From contig JAZORN010000080.1 in the NCBI GenBank assembly GCA_045656645.1, positions 2,845-66,844 on the forward strand: a stretch of 64,000 nucleotides of DNA. Direction: 5' to 3'. Positions 9,958-17,726 of the stretch are shown piece after piece. A model generated the notes under the pieces. It did no database searches, was not told the DNA's origin, and was given only the letters and a program-made list of their open reading frames with translations. Within the stretch, counting starts at the first letter, position 1, and every line of letters begins with the position of its first letter. This DNA comes from Clostridia bacterium (GTDB lineage: Bacteria > Bacillota > Clostridia > UMGS1883). The position numbers and the translations under genes are program-made.

Positions 9958-10137
9958 GGGGATTGTTAAGGGGTCCCCTCTTAACGTATAATCCGTCAAA
10001 ACCGGGGGCGTGTACCTCGGTTTTGACTCCTTACAAGGGCTGGCACGGTGAGTGCCGCGCGAGCGAAAGCCCTTACCTCGCGACGAAATATTTTCTTTAG
10101 AAACTTTTCGTCGCGAAAGGATGACTTTGTCATCCTT
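9958..10137. repeat. structured intergenic repeat, family A, copy 1 (about 180 nt, 5 hairpins)
   Basis: Near-identical to 28488-28667 over a central core (gggctggcacggtgagtgccgcgcgagcgaaagccc). The flanking hairpins differ by compensatory base-pair changes. Confidence 0.85.
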
Positions 10138-10386
10138 CTAATTGTTTTCAAGAACTGTGTAAAGCGATGCCGCATCGTTTTTGAGGGTATGCTCCTTTAT
10201 ATCCTCAATTCTTACCTTTATCAGCCTTTCGCCAAAACGGATTTCCACAATATCTCCGCACTTTATTTCAGCAGATGCCTTTGCTACCTTGCCGTTAATG
10301 CTGACACGTCCTGCATCGCACGCCTCATTGGCAACGGTGCGGCGCTTGATTATTCTGGAAACCTTCAAAAATTTATCTATTCGCAT
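10138..10386 (-). CDS. RNA-binding S4 domain protein
   Basis: S4 motif MRIDKFLKVSRIIKRRT...GRVSINGK. I prefer the internal ATG at 10386, which avoids overlap with the upstream gene. The ORF extends to 10413. Confidence 0.75.
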   Translation of the reverse strand: MRIDKFLKVSRIIKRRTVANEACDAGRVSINGKVAKASAEIKCGDIVEIRFGERLIKVRIEDIKEHTLKNDAASLYTVLENN

Positions 10387-10399
10387 AAAATCAATCCTT

Positions 10400-11773
10400 T
10401 TATATGTTTTCACCGAAAAATACGTGGAATGCTCTGTATGTCATATACACGTCAAGCTTTGACACCACTTCGTACGGTGCGTGCATACTGAGCACTGACA
10501 CACCGCAGTCAACCGTTTCAACGCCTAAGTTTGCAACATACTGTGCTATCGTACCGCCGCCACCTGCATCAACCTTGCCAAGCTCTGCAACGTGCCATAA
10601 AATGTCATTATTATTGAAAAGGGTGCGGATTTTTGCCATAAGCTCTGCTGAAGCATCGCTCGAACCGCTTTTTCCGCCTGCACCCGTATATTTTGCCACT
10701 GTAATACCGTAGTTCGTCTTTCCTGCATTGCGCTTTTCGTAAGGTGCAGGGAAGTTGGGGTCAAATGCCGCACTTACATCGGCACTCAGACAATAGCTTT
10801 TATCAAGTGCACGCAAAAGATTAAGCTCTGTCGCACCTTCGCCCGTTTTATCCATGATTTCCATCAGGATAAGTTTCAGGAAATCGCTCCTTGCACCGGT
10901 ATTACCCATACTGCCAACCTCTTCCTTATCGGTAAGAAGACATACGGCAGTTTTTTCGCACGCATCTGTTGTAAGAATTGCCATAAGGGCAGGGTATGCG
11001 CAAACTCTGTCGTCATGACCGTATGCACCGATAAGACCACGGTCAAAGCCTACATCCTTTGCATTTGCAGAGGGTACTATTTCGAGCTCCGCACTGAGGA
11101 AATCCTCTTCACAGATGCCGTATTTCTCATTAAGAATTGTAAGAATGTTTGTCTTTACCGCATCTTTTTCCTCTTCCCCGGCAGGGATTGAGCCGATAAG
11201 AAGATTAAGACTTTCGCCCTCGATTATTTCCGTGGCAGGCTTTTTCATCTGCTCACGTGCAAGATGGGGAAGTAAATCTGTAATAACAAAGGTAATATCG
11301 TCACCCTCGTCACCAATTTTCACATTAACTGTTTCTCCGTTTGTTTTTACAACAACACCGTGCAGTGCAAGGGGGAGTGCCGTCCACTGATATTTTTTAA
11401 TACCGCCGTAGTAGTGTGTTTTAAAATAGGCAAGCTCTCCATCCTCGTAAAGGGGATTGGGTTTTAAATCAAGTCTGGGTGCATCAATGTGTGCGCCTAC
11501 TATATTAACGCCCTCCGACACCTCTTTTTCACCGATTACGGCGAGGATAATTCCCTTAAGCTTGTTTATGGCATAAACCTTGTCGCCCTCTTTAAGGGTA
11601 GCGTAATCTGAAAGGGGTTTAAAACCGCAACTTTGGGCAAGGCGTACAATTTCGCTTACTGCCTCCCTCTCTGTTTTTGCAATGTCGAGAAAGCTTTTAT
11701 ACCCCTCGGAAAACTTAAATACTATTTCCTTGTCAACATCTATTGTCCAACCGTTTTTAAGCTCGTATTTCAT
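10400..11773 (-). CDS. M18-family aminopeptidase
   Basis: 457 aa. Metal-site region GAHIDAPRLDLKPNP and overall M18 (aspartyl aminopeptidase-like) pattern. Confidence 0.8.
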   Translation of the reverse strand: MKYELKNGWTIDVDKEIVFKFSEGYKSFLDIAKTEREAVSEIVRLAQSCGFKPLSDYATLKEGDKVYAINKLKGIILAVIGEKEVSEGVNIVGAHIDAPRLDLKPNPLYEDGELAYFKTHYYGGIKKYQWTALPLALHGVVVKTNGETVNVKIGDEGDDITFVITDLLPHLAREQMKKPATEIIEGESLNLLIGSIPAGEEEKDAVKTNILTILNEKYGICEEDFLSAELEIVPSANAKDVGFDRGLIGAYGHDDRVCAYPALMAILTTDACEKTAVCLLTDKEEVGSMGNTGARSDFLKLILMEIMDKTGEGATELNLLRALDKSYCLSADVSAAFDPNFPAPYEKRNAGKTNYGITVAKYTGAGGKSGSSDASAELMAKIRTLFNNNDILWHVAELGKVDAGGGGTIAQYVANLGVETVDCGVSVLSMHAPYEVVSKLDVYMTYRAFHVFFGENI

Positions 11774-11788
11774 AATAAAAGTCCTTTC

Positions 11789-12790
11789 TTAATAAAAATT
11801 ATATTCGGCAATAATCGTTTCAAGTGCCGCCCATCCGCCAATTTTACCCTGCTTGATGTTCTTGTCACTTTCCCAGCAGAGGGAAATAAGCGTCTGTATA
11901 TTCTGAACCTTAATTTTTTCAGCCTTGCGTGTGCTTTTTTCAGCGCCGTACCCACCGCCAAGAATAGATACTGTCTGCGAGTGGCTTTTTCCTTCTAATA
12001 ATAAAAGCTTTGCCTTGTAAATCGTAATAAGCTGTCCCGAAAGAAGTGAAAGCACATTTACAGGCTCCTGCTTTAAAGAGCGCAGTGCATAGAGCAGGTT
12101 ATAGCAGATTTCACGTCTGCCCTCAAAAATTGCGTCTATAAGCCCGAACACATTTTCCATTGCAGGCTTTACAATTACACTGTCAATATCCTCCCTCGTT
12201 ATCTGCGGAGATTTTGAAAAAGATATGATTTTTTCAAGCTCCGTTTTAATTGGACGCATACGCCTTTCAAGCGAGTTTACAAGATAAAGTGCATTTTTCT
12301 GGTCAATCGTTTTACCGCTTGCCGCCGCATTTTTGATAACCCATGATTTAAGAACGCTTTCCGTTCTTAAGGGAAACTCAACCGTAACTGCACCGCCATT
12401 TTGTGCACTTTTCTGCACAGAAGATGCTTTTTTCCCTTTGTCGGGGGAGGGTTCCCATATTACAACACAGCAAAAATCAGGCACAGACGAAAAAAGTGCC
12501 TCCCACTGCGCCTTGTTTTTAATATTCCCCGAAAAAAGCCCGCATTTTCGAAAAATGAGTAATTTTCTATCACTCATTACGGGGAGGGTTTCCATAAAAT
12601 CCTGCGCCTCGGAAAATGGCGGAAGTTCTGCATAACTCTTAAAATTCATCATTTCCGACCACGGCTCAACAAGTGCCTTTTTAAGCTCCCCAAGGCAGAA
12701 TTCAATCAAAAAATCCTCCTGCCCCTCAAAAATATAAAGCGGAGAAATCTTACCGTCTTTAATTGAAGAACGAAACTCCTCGTAAGTCAT
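11789..12790 (-). CDS. holA: DNA polymerase III subunit delta
   Basis: 333 aa. HolA-like N-terminus (PLYIFEGQEDFLIE) and an alpha-helical C-terminal half. Confidence 0.75.
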   Translation of the reverse strand: MTYEEFRSSIKDGKISPLYIFEGQEDFLIEFCLGELKKALVEPWSEMMNFKSYAELPPFSEAQDFMETLPVMSDRKLLIFRKCGLFSGNIKNKAQWEALFSSVPDFCCVVIWEPSPDKGKKASSVQKSAQNGGAVTVEFPLRTESVLKSWVIKNAAASGKTIDQKNALYLVNSLERRMRPIKTELEKIISFSKSPQITREDIDSVIVKPAMENVFGLIDAIFEGRREICYNLLYALRSLKQEPVNVLSLLSGQLITIYKAKLLLLEGKSHSQTVSILGGGYGAEKSTRKAEKIKVQNIQTLISLCWESDKNIKQGKIGGWAALETIIAEYNFY

Positions 12791-12925
12791 AAAATCTATC
12801 TCCGTACAAATAAAATTCCAATATATATATTACCATATATTGAAATATAATTCAATATAAATATCGAGAAAGGGTTGATTTTAAGACAAGGTTTAATATA
12901 TACTGAAATAAAGGGTGGTTTTATT

Positions 12926-14086
12926 ATGAAAAGAGTGTTTTTAATTGTGCTTGACAGTGTGGGTGCAGGCGCACTCCCCGATGCACACCTTTATGGGGAT
13001 AAGGATGCACATACCTTAAAAAGCATAAGTAAATCTGAAAAATTTAACATACCAAACCTTATAAAACTGGGTATTGGAAATATAGAGGGGCTAAGCTTTC
13101 TTGAAAAAAAGCCTTTAATAAGCAGCACTGTTGCAAGATTATGTGAAAAATCAGCAGGAAAAGATACCACAACGGGGCACTGGGAAATAGCAGGTGTAGT
13201 TCTTGATAAGCCTTTCCCGACATTCCCCAATGGATTTCCAAAAGAAATTATTGATGAGTTTTCACGCCGCACAGGGCGGGGCGTTCTTTGTAACAAGCCG
13301 TATTCAGGAACGCAGGTTATAAAAGATTATGCAAAGGAGCATATGGAAAGCGGAAGCCTTATTGTATATACCTCGGCAGACAGTGTGTTTCAGATAGCAG
13401 CGCATGAGGAGGTTGTGGATAGAGCGGAGCTTTATTCATATTGCCGTATTGCCCGTGAGATACTGACGGGTGAAAACGGAGTTGGCAGGGTGATTGCCCG
13501 TCCTTTTAATGGAGAGGCACCTGATTTTTACCGCACTGACGGAAGACATGATTTCTCTCTCGAGCCACCGAGTGATACGCTTCTTGACCTTATTATAAAA
13601 AACGGGGAAAGTGTAATTTCCATTGGAAAGATAAGCGACATTTTTGCATCAAGAGGTATCAGCGAAAGCCATCCTACGAAAAACAATGATGACGGATGTG
13701 AAAAAATTCTTGAAGCTTTGCAAAAGGATTTTGAGGGGCTTTGTTTTGCCAATTTAGTTGATTTTGATATGGTTTACGGGCACAGAAACGACACGGACGG
13801 ATACGCAGCGGCACTGAGCCGTTTTGATAGCTTTATTCCCGAATTTATTGAAAAAATGCGTGATGATGATTTGCTCATAATTACGGCAGACCACGGCTGC
13901 GACCCTGATTTTTCAGGTACAGACCACACCCGTGAATATATACCGATGATTATTTATTCAAAGAAGATAAAGGGTGTAAATTTAGGGACAAGGGACGGCT
14001 TTTCAGATATTGCCGCATCTGTGGCAGAGTATCTTGATATAGAATATCCGCTGAATGGAAAAAGCTTTCTGGAGGAGATTATATGA
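12926..14086 (+). CDS. deoB: phosphopentomutase
   Basis: Motifs LIVLDSVGAG and ITADHGCDP. ATG at 12926 is chosen (RBS aagggtgg). The ORF opens at 12875. Confidence 0.9.
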   Translation: MKRVFLIVLDSVGAGALPDAHLYGDKDAHTLKSISKSEKFNIPNLIKLGIGNIEGLSFLEKKPLISSTVARLCEKSAGKDTTTGHWEIAGVVLDKPFPTFPNGFPKEIIDEFSRRTGRGVLCNKPYSGTQVIKDYAKEHMESGSLIVYTSADSVFQIAAHEEVVDRAELYSYCRIAREILTGENGVGRVIARPFNGEAPDFYRTDGRHDFSLEPPSDTLLDLIIKNGESVISIGKISDIFASRGISESHPTKNNDDGCEKILEALQKDFEGLCFANLVDFDMVYGHRNDTDGYAAALSRFDSFIPEFIEKMRDDDLLIITADHGCDPDFSGTDHTREYIPMIIYSKKIKGVNLGTRDGFSDIAASVAEYLDIEYPLNGKSFLEEII

Positions 14087-14478
14087 CAAAGAATGAGCTT
14101 ATTAAAAAAGCTACAGAAGCTATGAAAAATGCATATGCGCCGTATTCAAAATTTACGGTGGGGGCGGCGCTCCTTTCAAAAAACGGAAAGGTATATACGG
14201 GATGCAATGTTGAAAACAGCTCATACGGTGTTACAAACTGTGCGGAGCGTACGGCACTTTTCAGTGCAATTGCAGATGGCGAAAGGGAATTTTGTGCAAT
14301 TGCAATTGTGGGCGGAGAAAAAGGCGAAATAGCTTCTTTTTGCCCGCCGTGCGGAGTGTGCCGTCAGGCACTTTCCGAGTTTTGCGGTGAAGATTTTAAA
14401 ATATATCTGTATAACGGAAAAAAGATAAAGGAATATAAATTATCTAAAATTTTGCCGTTACAGTTCGAATTGAGGTAG
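14083..14478 (+). CDS. cdd: cytidine deaminase
   Basis: Zinc motifs CAERTA and PCGVCRQ. 4-nt overlap with deoB. Confidence 0.9.
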   Translation: MTKNELIKKATEAMKNAYAPYSKFTVGAALLSKNGKVYTGCNVENSSYGVTNCAERTALFSAIADGEREFCAIAIVGGEKGEIASFCPPCGVCRQALSEFCGEDFKIYLYNGKKIKEYKLSKILPLQFELR

Positions 14479-14482
14479 AGCT

Positions 14483-15778
14483 ATGTATAATATTATACGT
14501 AAAAAGAGAGACGGGGGAGAGCTTTCGCATAATGAAATTCTCACAATGATGAAAGACTATACCGAAGGGACAATCCCCGATTATCAGATGTCGGCATTTC
14601 TGATGGCAGTGTTTTTTAACGGAATGAGTGATGATGAAATAAATTTTCTCACTCAGGCAATGGCAAATTCCGGAGACAAGATTGATTTATCCTGCTTTGG
14701 AAACGAGACGGCAGACAAGCACAGCACAGGCGGTGTCGGGGATAAGACATCGCTTATCACAGTGCCGATTGCCGCATCACTTGGATGCAAGGTTGCCAAG
14801 ATGTCGGGCCGTGGTTTAGGGCATACGGGCGGAACGGTGGATAAGCTTGAGTCAATCCCTGGGTATAAAACCACCCTTACAAAAGAGGAATTTATAACGC
14901 AGACAGAGAAGGTCGGCATTGCCATTTGCGGACAGAGTGCAAACCTTGCCCCTGCAGATAAAAAGCTTTATGCCCTGCGTGACGTAACGGCAACGGTCGA
15001 CAGTATCGGTCTTATTGCATCAAGTATTATGAGTAAAAAAATAGCCGCAGGCGCAAAAAACATCGTTCTTGATGTCAAGGTCGGCAGCGGTGCGTTTATG
15101 AAGGATGAAGAAAGTGCACGTGCACTCTCAGAGTGTATGGTAAACATAGGAAAAAGCTGTGGCAGAAACATCCGTGCACTTATTACAAATATGGATATAC
15201 CTCTTGGAAATGCGGTGGGAAATTCCCTTGAGGTTATCGAGGTAATTGATATTTTAAAGGGAGGCGGAGATAAAAACCTGCGCACAGTATCGTGCGCTCT
15301 TGCCGCACAAATGGTGTCTATGGTGCAAAATATCCCTTATGAAGAGGCTGTAAAAATGGCAAATGATGCAATCGACAACGGCAAGGCACTCGGGAAGTTT
15401 TGCGAGTGGATAGAAGCACAGGGCGGCGATGCAAGAATAGCGGAAAATACCGATTTATTTAAAAAGGCATCAATAACTAAAGAAATTTATGCATCAAAGG
15501 ATGGCTATATTACCCATATGAATGCCGAAAAGATAGGCGGCATATGTGTAGATTTAGGTGGCGGACGAAAGAAAAAGGATGACATTATTGACCATAGTGC
15601 AGGAATAATCCTTGCCAAAAAGACTGGCGACAGTGTGAAAAAGGGTGACGTCATTGCCACTGTGTATACAAATGATGAAAAGTCCCTTAATGGCGCAATC
15701 TTAGATTTTGAAAGTGCCGTTACGATAGAAGAAACCGCACCTCAGAGAAAACCGCTGATATATGATGTGGTGGGATAA
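14483..15778 (+). CDS. pdp: pyrimidine-nucleoside (thymidine) phosphorylase
   Basis: Signature DKHSTGGVGDKTS. 431 aa. It completes a deoB-cdd-pdp nucleoside salvage operon. Confidence 0.9.
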   Translation: MYNIIRKKRDGGELSHNEILTMMKDYTEGTIPDYQMSAFLMAVFFNGMSDDEINFLTQAMANSGDKIDLSCFGNETADKHSTGGVGDKTSLITVPIAASLGCKVAKMSGRGLGHTGGTVDKLESIPGYKTTLTKEEFITQTEKVGIAICGQSANLAPADKKLYALRDVTATVDSIGLIASSIMSKKIAAGAKNIVLDVKVGSGAFMKDEESARALSECMVNIGKSCGRNIRALITNMDIPLGNAVGNSLEVIEVIDILKGGGDKNLRTVSCALAAQMVSMVQNIPYEEAVKMANDAIDNGKALGKFCEWIEAQGGDARIAENTDLFKKASITKEIYASKDGYITHMNAEKIGGICVDLGGGRKKKDDIIDHSAGIILAKKTGDSVKKGDVIATVYTNDEKSLNGAILDFESAVTIEETAPQRKPLIYDVVG

Positions 15779-15803
15779 GAAAATAACCTTTGTGGGAATA
15801 AAA

Positions 15804-15852
15804 AGAGAGTGCGTAAAAGTCGATGTTTGACTTTTACGCACTCTCTTTTTTG
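15804..15852 (+). terminator. intrinsic terminator of deoB-cdd-pdp operon
   Basis: 18-bp perfect stem agagagtgcgtaaaagtc / gacttttacgcactctct followed by tttttt. Confidence 0.85.
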
Positions 15853-15869
15853 CAATTTCATAATATCGG

Positions 15870-15898
15870 TTGACAAAAACGAATTTTAGCTGTATAAT
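15870..15898 (+). promoter_or_regulatory. orphan consensus sigma-70-type promoter (TTGACA-17-TATAAT)
   Basis: ttgaca at 15870-15875, exactly 17 nt of spacer, tataat at 15893-15898. There is no plus-strand ORF downstream. A 9-bp hairpin (15955-15985) plus a T-rich tail follows about 60 nt later. Confidence 0.5.
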
Positions 15899-15944
15899 GA
15901 ATATAGAAAAAGGCAAGACCTCAAACGGTTATGCCTGAATACGA

Positions 15945-16076
15945 CTAAATATTACAATAGCCGACCTTGGCAGAGGCGGCTATTGTGCTTTTATGGGGAA
16001 TAGTATCATCGAGATGATAACTATAAAAAATGCTATGAGCAATTTTTTTGCCACAAATGCAATGCTTACTTTTCAT
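15945..16076 (-). CDS. possible 43-aa small ORF (MKSKHCICGKKIAHSIFYSYHLDDTIPHKSTIAASAKVGYCNI)
   Basis: An aggagg RBS lies 8 nt upstream of the ATG at 16076. The ORF is below the ORF-track cutoff, matches no family, and could be fortuitous. Confidence 0.2.
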   Translation of the reverse strand: MKSKHCICGKKIAHSIFYSYHLDDTIPHKSTIAASAKVGYCNI

Positions 16077-16245
16077 AAGCATCCCCTCCTTCCATAGACT
16101 CGGCACAAGTACCTGTATGTAAAGGTGGGCATATCTGCCGGTGGATAAATCCTCCGTTAAGAAAGTCTTGCCTTATCGGATTGCTCCGACGAAGCTATTA
16201 TACACCATAATTATACCGTCTTCAAGACCTTTTGATAAAATTACG

Positions 16246-17025
16246 TTAATTTATAAACTTAAGATTTCGTAAAATTACATTCTTACCGCGCCATGAAAAG
16301 GCGCTGTTTTTGTATTTGCGCATAAATTCTTTGTTTGAAAGATTTTCGATATCCTCTATATTAAGAAAATGTATTAAATCCTCGGTAAATTCTTTCATTG
16401 GCTTTGGCGTAATATTATTATGCGGACAAACTCGCTGACACATGTCGCAGCCAAAGATTAGTCCTGATTTTTTAAGTATATCAATTTCGCCCTCTGTAAG
16501 CTCTCCCTTTTTCTGGCTGATGTGGGAGGCACAGTTTGAAATCTCAAACCCGCTTTTGAGCGCCCCACCCACACACGCATTGATGCAAGCATTGCATCCA
16601 ATACAGCTTTTATCAAGCGGTTTATCAAGGCTTAACGGCAAATCGCACAGAATGTAACCGATAAAAAAGTAGCTCCCGAAGTCATCGTTTATGAGCATCC
16701 CGTTTTTTCCGTAAAAACCAAGTCCTGCGTCATATGCAAGCTCTCTTTCAATATGGGGACCAATATCGGCAAAATTTTCACAAGTGCTTTGGGGGGAAAG
16801 GGTGCGGATAAACTCTGTAAGAGCCTCTAATTTTTCCCTGATAATCAAATGATAATCAATACCCCTTGCGTAAAGGGAAAGATTTCCGTCATAATACCCC
16901 TGAAAATACGGAAAAAGGCAGACTATGGCACTTTTTCCGTTATAACGGGTAAAACCGCATTTTTCAATTCCTAAAGACTTAGCATAGGTGCGGATTTTCT
17001 GTTCCATAGTCTGTCTCCTTTCCAT
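16246..17025 (-). CDS. queG: epoxyqueuosine reductase (QueG-like) 4Fe-4S protein
   Basis: Two ferredoxin-type clusters, CIGCNACINAC and CDMCQRVCPHN, in a 259-aa QueG-like frame. Confidence 0.6.
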   Translation of the reverse strand: MERRQTMEQKIRTYAKSLGIEKCGFTRYNGKSAIVCLFPYFQGYYDGNLSLYARGIDYHLIIREKLEALTEFIRTLSPQSTCENFADIGPHIERELAYDAGLGFYGKNGMLINDDFGSYFFIGYILCDLPLSLDKPLDKSCIGCNACINACVGGALKSGFEISNCASHISQKKGELTEGEIDILKKSGLIFGCDMCQRVCPHNNITPKPMKEFTEDLIHFLNIEDIENLSNKEFMRKYKNSAFSWRGKNVILRNLKFIN

Positions 17026-17726
17026 TAATCATCAATTTTTATTTCTGCAACGGCAAGATATACTCTGTCAAAGCCCATCCTTTTAAGTAGCATTGAACAG
17101 TGGTTTGCAGTAGAGCCTGTCGTGTAGATATCATCTGTCAGAAGAACTGTTCCCGAAAACTTTTTGTCAAGCGGGAAATAGCACTTCTTTACATTTTCCC
17201 TGCGTTCTTTAGCACTTAATGTTGCCTGCTTTTTGCCGTCATTTGTTCTGTAGAGCGTTTCTATGCACTCTACGTTTAAAAGCTTTGAAAGCTCCTTTGC
17301 AATAAGCTCTGACTGATTATAGCCACGGTTAAATCTTGATTTACGGTTTTGCGGAACATACGTTATATAGTCAAAAGGCACAAACTCTTCCGAGGATAAT
17401 ATTTTATCTGCAATAAGGTATGCAAATGCCTTTGCATAATACGGATGATGTCCGCTTTTTAGTGCAAGAAGTGTATCCCTTGCATTTTCTTTATAGATAA
17501 GAGGTACAAAGGAATGTTTGTAGCTTATCTTGTTGCTGCGGCACGATGCACATATATTGTGCGAAAATTCGCCCGTCGGTCTTCCGCAAATACTGCAGGC
17601 ATTTTCATCTGTAAAGGGAAGTAATGAAAAGCAATCTCTGCAAATCGGGACAGAGCTTTCAAGTATTCTTTTGCAAAAAGGACACTTCGGCGGAAAAATA
17701 ATATCAAGGAGTTTATTTAGCATCAC
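17025..17726 (-). CDS. comFC: ComF family protein (phosphoribosyltransferase-like)
   Basis: N-terminal zinc-finger Cys pairs (CPFCKR...CRDC) and C-terminal PRTase motif VLLTDDIYTTGST. Confidence 0.8.
   Translation of the reverse strand: MMLNKLLDIIFPPKCPFCKRILESSVPICRDCFSLLPFTDENACSICGRPTGEFSHNICASCRSNKISYKHSFVPLIYKENARDTLLALKSGHHPYYAKAFAYLIADKILSSEEFVPFDYITYVPQNRKSRFNRGYNQSELIAKELSKLLNVECIETLYRTNDGKKQATLSAKERRENVKKCYFPLDKKFSGTVLLTDDIYTTGSTANHCSMLLKRMGFDRVYLAVAEIKIDD

Noticed and set aside
10048-10491. 147-aa plus-strand ORF spanning repeat A copy 1 and the S4 gene
   Set aside because: It starts inside the structured repeat, runs antisense to two good genes, and has no family resemblance.
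15945-16076. Type I toxin-antitoxin interpretation of the small ORF plus antisense promoter
   Set aside because: The 43-aa peptide is polar/basic with no TM helix, unlike known type I toxins. It is kept only as a low-confidence small ORF/sRNA observation.
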